A DNA stretch of 19,670 nucleotides. It comes from Polyangiales bacterium. Its GTDB lineage: Bacteria; Myxococcota_A; Polyangia; Polyangiales; Houyiibacteriaceae. Below the pieces are notes generated by a model. It was not told the origin of the DNA. It was given only the letters and a program-made list of their open reading frames with translations, and ran no database searches. The translations under genes were made by a program, and so were the position numbers. This document shows, one piece after another, positions 1 to 8,685 of this stretch (position 1 is its first letter; the number at the start of each line of letters is the position of its first letter). Location: the NCBI GenBank assembly GCA_045106895.1, contig JBGCFM010000165.1, positions 1 through 19,670 of the forward strand, given 5' to 3'.

Positions 1-2
1 AG

Positions 3-905
3 GTCGATCCAACGCTCTCCCATTGCGGCGACGCTGGTCTCTTGGACGCGGTCACGGTCGATGCCAACGACGCCGGCCCGGACGTACCGGCGTCAAACTG
101 TCCGACAGCGTGCGAGGGCGACAGGCCCATCTGCGACGAAGACGGTACCGAGGAGTGCGTCCAGTGCCTCACGCCAACCGACTGCGAGGGCATGGGCGTG
201 AACGCGATGTGCAACGACGCCGGCACCTGCGTTCAGTGCGTGGACTCGACGCAGTGCACGGAGCCAGGCGCGAGTGAGTGCGCGACCGAGGGCATCATGG
301 CTGGGAGCTGTGTTGGCTGCACCGTCGGTGCGGAGGGCGCTTGTGCTGGTGTTGAGGATGGTGACGGGAATGCGTTGAACGTGTGTGACGACTCGGCTGG
401 GAGCGGCGTGTGCATTCAGTGCACGGAAGCGACGGCTGAGGTCGACTGTGGGATGAATAGCTGTAATCCCGCAACCAATCTCTGTACTGAGACGGCGCGA
501 GGTGACGTGGGGCGATGCGAAGCCTGCGTGAGCGATGCCGAGTGCATGGACGGTGATGGCTGCCTTGAGATCGACGAGCCGGGCGGAGCGGCCGCCTACT
601 GCCTACCCATCTTGCCGGAGGAAGGTATCTGCCCAAACGTCTATGGCCGTGTCTTGACGGAACAGACAACGCTCTCCAGCGCAGGACCCATTAGCTTTTG
701 TTCAATCCCGAGCGCACTGACCTGCGCCGCCGTACGTGCCGCGGCGGATCCTTGCGAGGCCGAAGAACCTCGATGCCCAAGCGGTGGTACCTGCACTGAC
801 ATCCCGGGGCGAGGAGAACGATGCACGTTTGCCTGTACCGCTCCTGAGGACTGTCCCGCCGGGTTCCTGAGCAGCTGTGACGCCGAGACCTTCTGCGGGC
901 TCTAA
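3..905 (+). CDS. Cys-rich secreted/surface protein, 5' partial
   Basis: The frame is open from the window edge (VDPTLSHCGDAG...). Repeated CxxC/CxxCxxxxxC units such as CVQCLTPTDC and CVQCVDSTQC. Stop TAA at 903-905. Confidence 0.8.
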   Translation, partial: VDPTLSHCGDAGLLDAVTVDANDAGPDVPASNCPTACEGDRPICDEDGTEECVQCLTPTDCEGMGVNAMCNDAGTCVQCVDSTQCTEPGASECATEGIMAGSCVGCTVGAEGACAGVEDGDGNALNVCDDSAGSGVCIQCTEATAEVDCGMNSCNPATNLCTETARGDVGRCEACVSDAECMDGDGCLEIDEPGGAAAYCLPILPEEGICPNVYGRVLTEQTTLSSAGPISFCSIPSALTCAAVRAAADPCEAEEPRCPSGGTCTDIPGRGERCTFACTAPEDCPAGFLSSCDAETFCGL

Positions 906-1207
906 CCCACGTCCTCTTCAGTAACCGTCTGGGCGACGGCAACCCCCATCACCGCCGCCAACTCCAACGCAAACCGCACCCAATGCGGCCCGCCCGAAAG
1001 CACCTCCAGCGCCACTCCATGATGCGTCCCACCACGCGCTAGCTCCGCCAACGCCCGCGCCGCCCGCTCGGGCGAAACCCCGTCACGAACGGCCTCCACC
1101 ACAGCCCGCGCCAAAGCGTGGGAACCCAAAAGTTCCCACGACACCGACTTTAGCCCAGCCCGCCGCGCGTCCGCTCCTCCTTCACACGGAGTAAGTCTGC
1201 AGCTCAA
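902..1207 (-). CDS. Small hypothetical protein (uncertain, start unclear)
   Basis: ORF with a plausible helical, Ala/Leu-rich sequence filling the gap between two + strand genes. No recognisable motif. Confidence 0.3.
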   Translation of the reverse strand: MSCRLTPCEGGADARRAGLKSVSWELLGSHALARAVVEAVRDGVSPERAARALAELARGGTHHGVALEVLSGGPHWVRFALELAAVMGVAVAQTVTEEDVG

Positions 1208-1406
1208 ACCTGCGATCGCCCATCAGAGCCGACTACGAAAGTGGTTGGCTCTTCCAATCGAGCGAGCCGCGCCCAAATCCCGGTCGAGCTGATGATCGGC
1301 ACAGCTGCGACGCTTCGCGACTCTCAACGGATGAGCATGGGAACACGAGAGCTGCCTTCCGCCCGGCGCTTACCGATGTTAGAAGGCGGAGGTGGAGCCG
1401 AATCGG

Positions 1407-2591
1407 ATGAAAACCATCGTACTCATCGCCCCCAACGTGTCGGACACGATGGGGGGCGAAGCGATCAAGGCGTTTCAGTACGCGAAGTTCCTGATCTCCC
1501 AAGGTCGCCGGGTGATGATCATCGCGCACAGCCGCTGCCGCGAGTCCGTCGAGAGCTCCTTCGCGCCGGAGAACTACTCGATTATCGAGGACGAATGGCG
1601 CCAGGCTTTGGCGTGGCGCTCCGTCGTGGCGCGGCCCTACGTGGGCTATCATTTTCACCGCGCCGTGTCGGAACGCATCGCTGAACTCTTCAAGCCGGAC
1701 GAAGTGATTCTGCATTACATCGCGCCGGTCTCGCCGGTGGTGCGGCGTCACCCGCCTCCGGGCTACGATTTCGTCGTCGGTCCCATGACGGGGAATATCT
1801 ATTACCCGCCCGGTTTCCGCGACCGCATGACGAAGAACGAACGCATCCGCGCCCTCGGTCACGAGGCGGCGCAGCGACTGACGGGGCTCGTGTCACGCGA
1901 GAAGGGCAAGGCCGCGGCTTTGCTCGTCTCCGGGTACGAGCGAACGCGCGAGTCGCTCCTGATGGCGGGCGCACGCGACAGCCAAATCACGGACGTCATC
2001 GATAGCGGCGTCAGCGGCTTGCTGATGGACGCGCCGCGCTTGACTCAGACCGGCGAGAACCACCGCTTCGTGACCTTGGGGCGTCTGATTCCCTACAAAG
2101 GCTATGACCTCGCGATTCGTGGCGTCGCCGCCGCGACCCCTAAGACGGAGCTGGATATCTTTGGGGAGGGTTATCTGGAACCTGAACTCCGCGCCCTGGC
2201 TCAAGACCTTGGCGTCGCCGACCGCGTGCACTTCCGCGGCCGGCTGGACAACAGCTCCATCGGGTCCGAGTACGCGAACTACCGTGCGTTCGTGTTCCCG
2301 ACTTTGGCCGAGGCGAACGGCATCGTGATGCAGGAGGCGATGATGATCGGCCTTCCGGTTCTTACCTTCCGCTGGGGTGGCCCGGCGATGCTCGCCGACG
2401 ACGACTCCGCCGAGTTCATCGAGCCAAAGAGCGAAGCGCAGGTCGTTCGCGAGCTGGCCCAAGGGATGGACAGGCTTGCGACAGATCCAGCGCGCGCCGA
2501 GTCACTTTCGATTGCGGGGCGCGCCATCGCCGAGGCGAAGTTTGACTGGAACAAGGTCGCCGCAAGCTGGATGGCGACCTACCCGGAGTAG
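1407..2591 (+). CDS. Glycosyltransferase family 4 (GT-B fold)
   Basis: N-terminal IVLIAP..GGEA, then LGRLIPYKGYDLAI, and the EX7E motif EANGIVMQE followed by AMMIGLPV. C-terminal FDW. ATG 1407 preferred; an upstream GTG lies at 1392. Confidence 0.92.
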   Translation: MKTIVLIAPNVSDTMGGEAIKAFQYAKFLISQGRRVMIIAHSRCRESVESSFAPENYSIIEDEWRQALAWRSVVARPYVGYHFHRAVSERIAELFKPDEVILHYIAPVSPVVRRHPPPGYDFVVGPMTGNIYYPPGFRDRMTKNERIRALGHEAAQRLTGLVSREKGKAAALLVSGYERTRESLLMAGARDSQITDVIDSGVSGLLMDAPRLTQTGENHRFVTLGRLIPYKGYDLAIRGVAAATPKTELDIFGEGYLEPELRALAQDLGVADRVHFRGRLDNSSIGSEYANYRAFVFPTLAEANGIVMQEAMMIGLPVLTFRWGGPAMLADDDSAEFIEPKSEAQVVRELAQGMDRLATDPARAESLSIAGRAIAEAKFDWNKVAASWMATYPE

Positions 2592-2615
2592 GTGTGCTCT
2601 CGCGCATCGCGCGAC

Positions 2616-4328
2616 TTAGAGGTCTTGAACTGGAAGCGCGCGCATTCTTCCTTCGAAGATGCCCGCGGAGAAGTCGTCTGCGGGAGCGGCGCGCATGGCG
2701 GGGGTCATCGTCGCCGCCGTCTCTGTCATCGTGATGGCGGTCATCATCGCGCTCGCTGTCCCGCGCGCCATGCCTCTCGACATTCGCGCCATTCCACGCG
2801 TCATGCCGCGCATGGGCGTTGGGGCGGAGGGTTCCCGAAAGTCGAAGCGCGCAGCGCCGGTGGTGAAGTCGGCCCAGAGCAGCACGAGCTCTCCTTGGGG
2901 AAGGGGGAGGGAGGCCTGTGGCTCGAGGCTCACTTCTTCCCCGTCGACGGAGAGACGAACGGAGCCATCGAGGACCTCGACGAGCAAGACCTCAGCCTCG
3001 CCTGTGTAGGCTTGTTCGCCGTGCAGGAGGGTGGTCTCGGCGCCGAGCGCCAGCGCGACGGGGACGTTCTCGGCGGACCCCTCGATAGGCGTGGGTAGTG
3101 GGCTGCTCGGTGAGTCAGGTTCTGCGGGTTGAGCAGGTTCGGCGGCGGCGGCGGGCGCCTGGATCGCGGCCAGAGGAACGTCCGCGTCGTCTCCGCCGCT
3201 CACGGCCCACGCGCCGCCGACAGCGGCGAGGGCGAAGACACATGCGGCCACCACCGCGAGCTTTCTTCGCTTGTCCGGCTCGGCGGTGGACGCAGGTAGC
3301 TCTCCCGTCACCGAGGAGGGGAGCGGAGGTGGTTCGACGGCGCGCGCGCGCGAGATGCTGGGCGAGGAGACGGGCATCTCCTGGCGTTGGTCGTCTCGTT
3401 CGTCCTTGAGTCGCTCGGAGACGTAGGCGCCGAGTTCGTCCCGCGACAGACCCGCCTCCGGCGTCGCTTTGAGAGCGATTCGAAAGTCACGAGCGGTCGC
3501 GAAGCGGTCGTCGGGGTTCGCTTCCAGGGCTTTGTTGAGGACCGCGTCGAGTTCGTCGGAGATCGGCGCGCCGGCTTCTTTGGCGGAGCACCGCCCGGGT
3601 GAACGCACGGCTTCCAGAAGCTCAAAGTCGCTTCCGCCGCGAAAACGTCGGCGGCTCGTGACGCTCTCCCAAAGCACGACGCCGAGCGCATACTGGTCTG
3701 CGCGTGCGTCGACTGCTCGTCCTCGTGCTTGCTCCGGCGGCATGTACTTGAGCTTGCCCTTGAGCGTGTCGCCGCTCGTCGCGGTCCCGTGTGCTTTGGC
3801 GATTCCAAAGTCGAGGAGCTTCACCTGGCCCGACCAGCTCACCATGATGTTCTGCGGAGAGACGTCGCGATGAACGACGCCGAGGGGCTGACCGTCGTTG
3901 CCAATGGCGGTGTGTGCCGCGTGGAGGCCGGCGGCGACCTCCATTCCGATTTGCACCGTCACCCTTGGAGGAACAGGCTCTTGCGACTTTACGGCGGATT
4001 TCAGAATCTGAAAAAGACTCACGCCGCGGATGAGCTCCATGGCCATGAAGTAGACGCCGTCGACTTCGCCGAGGTCTTCCACTTGGACAATGTTCGGATG
4101 ACTCAGCTGCGCAGCGAGGCGCGCCTCGTCGAGGAACATCTGAATGAACGTCTCGTCGTGGGCGAGATGCGCGTGCACGGTCTTGAGCGCAAGGTAGCGC
4201 GAGAAACCGCCGGGCCCTTCGCGTCGTCCGACGTACAGGCGCGCCATCCCTCCCGCCTTTAGCTCTTTGACGAGCTCATAGGCCCCGAGCCGTGCGCGCG
4301 CATCAGGCTTGGGTATGGGTGGGCTCAC
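2616..4328 (-). CDS. Membrane-anchored Hanks-type Ser/Thr protein kinase
   Basis: Kinase motifs AGGMARLY, ALK, FLDEAR, HRDVSPQN, DFGIAK, YMPPEQ and DQYALG. One TM helix (LAVVAACVFALAAVGGAWAV) and a Met-rich C-tail. Start GTG 4328, alternatively 4346. Confidence 0.95.
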   Translation of the reverse strand: MSPPIPKPDARARLGAYELVKELKAGGMARLYVGRREGPGGFSRYLALKTVHAHLAHDETFIQMFLDEARLAAQLSHPNIVQVEDLGEVDGVYFMAMELIRGVSLFQILKSAVKSQEPVPPRVTVQIGMEVAAGLHAAHTAIGNDGQPLGVVHRDVSPQNIMVSWSGQVKLLDFGIAKAHGTATSGDTLKGKLKYMPPEQARGRAVDARADQYALGVVLWESVTSRRRFRGGSDFELLEAVRSPGRCSAKEAGAPISDELDAVLNKALEANPDDRFATARDFRIALKATPEAGLSRDELGAYVSERLKDERDDQRQEMPVSSPSISRARAVEPPPLPSSVTGELPASTAEPDKRRKLAVVAACVFALAAVGGAWAVSGGDDADVPLAAIQAPAAAAEPAQPAEPDSPSSPLPTPIEGSAENVPVALALGAETTLLHGEQAYTGEAEVLLVEVLDGSVRLSVDGEEVSLEPQASLPLPQGELVLLWADFTTGAARFDFREPSAPTPMRGMTRGMARMSRGMARGTASAMMTAITMTETAATMTPAMRAAPADDFSAGIFEGRMRALPVQDL

Positions 4329-4334
4329 CTTCCA

Positions 4335-4368
4335 AAGGTACCGCACAAATCACCCGATGTGTTACTCT
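4335..4368. promoter_or_regulatory. Putative divergent -10 elements for leaderless transcripts
   Basis: Minus-strand TACCTT (4340-4335) lies 6 nt before GTG 4328. Plus-strand TG-T-TACTCT (4360-4368) lies 6 nt before GTG 4375. Confidence 0.35.
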
Positions 4369-4374
4369 CGGGGG

Positions 4375-5118
4375 GTGATCAGGACCACCTTTCTCCTTCT
4401 TGTAGGGCTTTTGGTTACAACCCAAGCCTCCGCCCAGAACGATGCCGCGGAGGGACGACGCGAGTTCCGAGCCGCCGTCGATGCCGCCGAAGCCGGCAAC
4501 TGGTCGTCCGCGCAGACTCGCTTTGAGAGGGCTTTCGCGCTCACGCAGCGGCCCATCATTCTACTCAACCTTGCCGCCGTTCACGCTGAACTCAACGATC
4601 CGCGGAGCGCACACCAGGTGCTTAACCGTTTCTTGGAAGAGGCCCCGGACAACGTCCGCGAGCCACAACAGGACAACGTGGATTCGATGATGCGAGAGTT
4701 GGTTGCGGGCGCAGTGCAGCTTCGCATCGAGAGCGCAGAGCCCTCCGGAGAGATTTTCCTCGACGACGAGCCCGTGCGCGAAGGCGTTGAGATCGTCAAC
4801 CCTGGCACTCGCTACACGCTCACGCTCCGCGTGGATGGTCAGCAGATTGACGAGCAGACGTTCATCGGTGCGGCGGGCGAAGAGCAGACAGTGCGTTTGG
4901 GCCAGGCTGTTCCATCGGCGCGCGATGCGGCACGAACCGTGGTGGGTGACGAAGACCCGCTGGATGAAGCGTCTTCGGGAGGCAACGGCCTCGCCATCGG
5001 TCTTGGCATCGCGGCCGCCGTCATCGTTGTGGCCACCGTCGTGACGCTGCTGCTTGTACTTCCTTCTTCCGAAGCACCCGACGGCTTCGAGGGCAACCTT
5101 GGACGCATTGAACTGTGA
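4375..5118 (+). CDS. Secreted TPR-like protein with PEGA-like beta domain and C-terminal TM anchor
   Basis: Signal peptide ending ASA-Q. TPR-like helices (FERAFALTQRPIILLNLAAVH), a beta-rich middle region and a C-terminal hydrophobic helix. Stop overlaps the next ATG (TGATG). Confidence 0.8.
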   Translation: MIRTTFLLLVGLLVTTQASAQNDAAEGRREFRAAVDAAEAGNWSSAQTRFERAFALTQRPIILLNLAAVHAELNDPRSAHQVLNRFLEEAPDNVREPQQDNVDSMMRELVAGAVQLRIESAEPSGEIFLDDEPVREGVEIVNPGTRYTLTLRVDGQQIDEQTFIGAAGEEQTVRLGQAVPSARDAARTVVGDEDPLDEASSGGNGLAIGLGIAAAVIVVATVVTLLLVLPSSEAPDGFEGNLGRIEL

Positions 5119-7196
5119 TGAAAAACCTAACGCTTGCCTGCTTCGCCTTCGTTCTCGCCTGCTCCGATCCATCGCCCACCATGTTGGTCGTGTCGGTTGT
5201 CACGGACCTTCCTGTTCCAGCGGGCGTTGACCAAATCATCATCGAAGTCTCTCGAGGCGACGAGATGGTTCAGCGCCGTGAGGTGTCCTTGAGCGCGGGG
5301 AGCGAGTTCCCCGTCACGCTCGGCGTTCAACATCGCGAGGGGGCCTTCGAGCCTGTGACCGTTGTCGCGCGGGGCAACCTTGCCGGTAGTGAGGTCGTTC
5401 GTGCGACGGCGATCACGGGGTTCATCGAGGAGCAGAGCTTGCTCCTTCGAATGCAGCTCTCAGCCGCGTGCGAGTCCGTGACCTGCAACGCGGACCAGAC
5501 CTGTGAGGGAGGAAGCTGCACGGGAGCGTTCATCGACCCAAGCGCGTTGCCACCCTTTACCGGCGACGTCGGGCCTGGCGCGGATGGCGGTATGAGCGAG
5601 CCGGACGTCGGGACGCCGGACGGCGGGGCCCCGGACGTCATCGTGGACGCAGGTACGCCGGACACGCCGCCGAACCTCAACGACTCCGACGGCGACACGT
5701 TGCTGGACACCATCGAGTGCGAAGACCTCTCGATGCCCGCCACGTGCCGAGACACCGATGGCGACGGAAACCCGGACTACCAAGACGGTGACGACGACGG
5801 CGACGGGATCACGACTGAGCAAGAGGTGATGGACGCCGCGGAGTTTGGTGATGACGTCGACGAAGACGGCCTCCCGAACTGGCGCGACACAGACTCCGAC
5901 GACGACGGCTTGTCCGATGAGGACGAGGGGGTCGCCGACGGTGACGGTGATGGAGTTCCTGAGTACCTGGACTCTCGTACCTGCTCCACGGAACGCTGCG
6001 GAAATGGCACGGACGACGACTGCGACGACATCGTCGACGAGCCCGCGGAATGCGACCCTGAAGGGCTCATCGAGGTGGAGACCGACCCGTCCGGCTTCGC
6101 GTGGGACGCGAGTGATGTGCGTGTTGAAGTCCGATCACGAGGCGGCGCGGGCGTTCTTGAGTGCCGCAGTGGCAAAGTTCAGGCCACGGGTTCTTTGGTC
6201 GGAGAGTTCGCGGAGTGTCCCGGGAGTGCCTTTACACCCGAGTCCGACCTGGCGTCATTTGGCGACGGCGTCTACCGAACGCAGGTGCGCTGGCGCGCGG
6301 ACACTGGCGTCGTGAGCCGGCCTCTCGACCTGGACTATTACGTTCACAGCAGCCTTGCCGGTGCGACGGACTGTGCGGTTCTCGACAATATCCCAGCGGA
6401 CCGCTTCTTCAGCCGAGCCGCGGAACGCCTGCCAACAACGGACCCAGGCGGGGTTCCGTTGCGCTTCTCGACGACGGCGGCTCCCGACGCGCCGGGCTTC
6501 GCGGCCCTCGCCAACCCATTCGTCCACATCAACTTCACGCCACGTCTCAACCGCTCCTTCGGATTCCAGATTCGCGGAGGCTCGTCGTGGGCCGCGACGG
6601 ACGGTGTGCTCAATGTGCTCTCTCTGCGACGTCGCTTCGTGATGAACGAAGATGAGACAATGATCCTGATGGGGCGTCGCTACATCTCTCGACGTAACAT
6701 CGACAACAACGCTATCAGTCGCTGCGGCGCTATGCGCGTCAAGATCGACCTCGGCGGTAGCCCTGGGACGAACTTCCGGTGCGACGCGGTGGTCCTCAAT
6801 CGCGAAGGCGCGGGCGTCTGCCTCGTCGTCGGCGCAGGTGGCAGCATCGAGTTCGCGCGGCGACCGAGCACGTCTCTCTTCAGCAGCCTGGCGTCGTCTC
6901 TCGTGCCAGCAGACGAAGCGCTCACCGACGGCGTCGACAACGCTCTCTGGCGAAAGCTCGCCGCGCGCTACTCCCCCAATACAGCGCTCTCGTCTCAGCG
7001 CGCAAACTGCGCTCGCTTCAGTGGGCGCTGCGCAGAAAACGGCATCACGCCGCGCTGGGGATGGCGACAGTTCTCCGCCAAGTGCTACGGCGAACCAAAC
7101 TGCACGGACACGCTGCGTGCGCTCTATCTCGTCGGAGAAAACGAAGAGGGTTACACACCTCTGTATCTGCCCGACGACGGTCTGTACCGGTTCTGA
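5118..7196 (+). CDS. Large lipoprotein with Asp-rich Ca-binding (thrombospondin type 3-like) repeats
   Basis: Lipobox VLAC after MKNLTLACFAF. Several DxDxDG repeats at about 5680-6050 and a CGNGTDDDCDDIVDE motif. The C-terminal domain is not recognised. Confidence 0.85.
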   Translation: MKNLTLACFAFVLACSDPSPTMLVVSVVTDLPVPAGVDQIIIEVSRGDEMVQRREVSLSAGSEFPVTLGVQHREGAFEPVTVVARGNLAGSEVVRATAITGFIEEQSLLLRMQLSAACESVTCNADQTCEGGSCTGAFIDPSALPPFTGDVGPGADGGMSEPDVGTPDGGAPDVIVDAGTPDTPPNLNDSDGDTLLDTIECEDLSMPATCRDTDGDGNPDYQDGDDDGDGITTEQEVMDAAEFGDDVDEDGLPNWRDTDSDDDGLSDEDEGVADGDGDGVPEYLDSRTCSTERCGNGTDDDCDDIVDEPAECDPEGLIEVETDPSGFAWDASDVRVEVRSRGGAGVLECRSGKVQATGSLVGEFAECPGSAFTPESDLASFGDGVYRTQVRWRADTGVVSRPLDLDYYVHSSLAGATDCAVLDNIPADRFFSRAAERLPTTDPGGVPLRFSTTAAPDAPGFAALANPFVHINFTPRLNRSFGFQIRGGSSWAATDGVLNVLSLRRRFVMNEDETMILMGRRYISRRNIDNNAISRCGAMRVKIDLGGSPGTNFRCDAVVLNREGAGVCLVVGAGGSIEFARRPSTSLFSSLASSLVPADEALTDGVDNALWRKLAARYSPNTALSSQRANCARFSGRCAENGITPRWGWRQFSAKCYGEPNCTDTLRALYLVGENEEGYTPLYLPDDGLYRF

Positions 7197-7215
7197 GCGA
7201 AGCGGCCGGTACGCG

Positions 7216-7224
7216 TGGTAGATT
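7216..7224 (+). promoter_or_regulatory. Putative extended -10 promoter upstream of the RT operon
   Basis: TG-G-TAGATT matches TGnTAnnnT and lies about 20 nt after the lipoprotein stop. Confidence 0.35.
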
Positions 7225-7291
7225 GCCGTGAGGGCGGCGCGCTCCTCGCCGTTGGCGAGTTGGCTCAAGGGGTGATGGGGGCTGCGGTCTC

Positions 7292-7399
7292 ATGCCTCTG
7301 AATAAGTGGTCTCGCTTGAAGATTACCAACCTCCGCGCCGTCCTCGACTTCCTAGCCATGTCCGTTGTTTTGAAAGCGCTTTTCGAGCCGTCAGCGTGA
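7292..7399 (+). CDS. Candidate 35-aa small ORF coupled to the RT
   Basis: Translates as MPLNKWSRLKITNLRAVLDFLAMSVVLKALFEPSA*. Its TGA (7397-7399) overlaps the in-frame RT GTG at 7396. Below the ORF track length cutoff. Confidence 0.3.
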   Translation: MPLNKWSRLKITNLRAVLDFLAMSVVLKALFEPSA

Positions 7400-8685
7400 C
7401 CCCCGCTTTCACACCCGCGGCGTTCAGCGACGCGATCGAAGCGCTTCGCGCGCGACGCAAGCCCAGCATCGGCGACCTGACCATCTGGGAGGTGGCCGTC
7501 GAACGTGAGCGCTTCGCGGAGGCTCTGTATCGCGAAGCATCGCGGCGTCGTTACTGCTTTGAGCCCGCGCGGACGGCGCTGGTTCACTTCGATGGTCGCG
7601 CGCGCGAGGTGTTTCGATCAACGGTGCTGGATTCCATTATGGAGCGTGTGGTCGGTCGGTGGCTCCAAGGGGCCATCGAGCCATCGCTGAGCGACGCGCT
7701 TTGGTCTTACCGGACGGGACGCTCAAGTATTGGGGCCCTCGGCGCCTTCGGCGACTTTGTTCGCGAGCATGTACGCGGGAATGCCGACCCCAAACAGCGC
7801 GGCCTATTCGTTCTACGCCGAGACGTCGCTAGCTATGGGAAGAGCATCCCGAACGGGGACGAAAGTCGGCTTTGGTCGCTCCTCGAAGAGCACGTCGGCG
7901 GCGCGGAACGTGAGGTGGGCATGCATCTCCTGCGGCAGCTCGTGCGGCGTCGCTACATGGATGAGGACGAACGAGAGGTGACCCTCGAAGCGGGCTCTCC
8001 CACGGGGTCGCCGGTTCAGCCACCTATCAACAACCTTTATCTCACTCCCCTGGATCGCGCTCTCGGCGCGCTGCCAGGTCACTACGCACGCTTTGGTGAT
8101 GACATCCTCTTCGCCACCGACAAACGCGACGTCGCCCAGGAAGCTGCGGCGATGGCGGATACGACCATCGCGGATCTCGGCCTAACGTGGAGCGAGAAGA
8201 AGACACGGAACCTCTACTTCAACGGCGCCGGCCGGCCGGAGCTGGGTGGGAGCGGTGGCGCGATGTCGCCCTTTGTCGGCGCTGCAACGACGGAGCTGCT
8301 CGGGTATGAGGTTACGTTTGCGGGCACGATTCGCCTGCCACGGCGAAAGCTCCGCTCGCTCCTCGAGACGCTCCGCGCCCGGCTGCGTCGAGCGGCGCGC
8401 ATGAACATGGGAAGCTCGCCGGAGCGCCTCGCACGGGAGCTTGTCAGCGTGGTGCGCGCCGCGCTCGACCGCCGGCACTCCCTGCGCGCAGCGCAGATGG
8501 AAGCGCTCTTTCACGTGGACGACCGGGAGCAGCTCGATCAGGTCGACCACCTCGTCCGCCTCGCCGTGGCGCAGCTCGCGTCCGGTCGAAAGGGGCCGCG
8601 CGCGTTTCGTGTGTTCACGCCTCGGCGGCTTCGTGACCTCGGTCTGCCTTCGCTTGTGCGTGAGCGGAACCAGGGGACGGCGTGA
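7396..8685 (+). CDS. Reverse transcriptase, group II intron-like, with atypical motifs
   Basis: RT blocks in order: REVFRSTVLDSIMERVV, LWSYRTGRS, VLRRDVASYGKSI, GSPTGSPVQPPINNLYLTPLD, YARFGDDILF (8092-8103 = FGDD), GLTWSEKKT and LLGY, then a basic thumb region. The ORF is open from GTG 7306; GTG 7396 is preferred. Confidence 0.9.
   Translation: MTPAFTPAAFSDAIEALRARRKPSIGDLTIWEVAVERERFAEALYREASRRRYCFEPARTALVHFDGRAREVFRSTVLDSIMERVVGRWLQGAIEPSLSDALWSYRTGRSSIGALGAFGDFVREHVRGNADPKQRGLFVLRRDVASYGKSIPNGDESRLWSLLEEHVGGAEREVGMHLLRQLVRRRYMDEDEREVTLEAGSPTGSPVQPPINNLYLTPLDRALGALPGHYARFGDDILFATDKRDVAQEAAAMADTTIADLGLTWSEKKTRNLYFNGAGRPELGGSGGAMSPFVGAATTELLGYEVTFAGTIRLPRRKLRSLLETLRARLRRAARMNMGSSPERLARELVSVVRAALDRRHSLRAAQMEALFHVDDREQLDQVDHLVRLAVAQLASGRKGPRAFRVFTPRRLRDLGLPSLVRERNQGTA

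Noticed and set aside
6255..7268. Long antisense and alternative-frame ORFs (e.g. 6255-7268, 13853-14599, and ORFs across the tRNA array)
   Set aside because: These are shadow ORFs expected in high-GC DNA. They overlap better-supported genes or tRNAs and have no motifs.
7396..8685. Retron
   Set aside because: No NAxxH or VTG signature (region 7 reads LLGY), and no convincing a1/a2 inverted repeat upstream.
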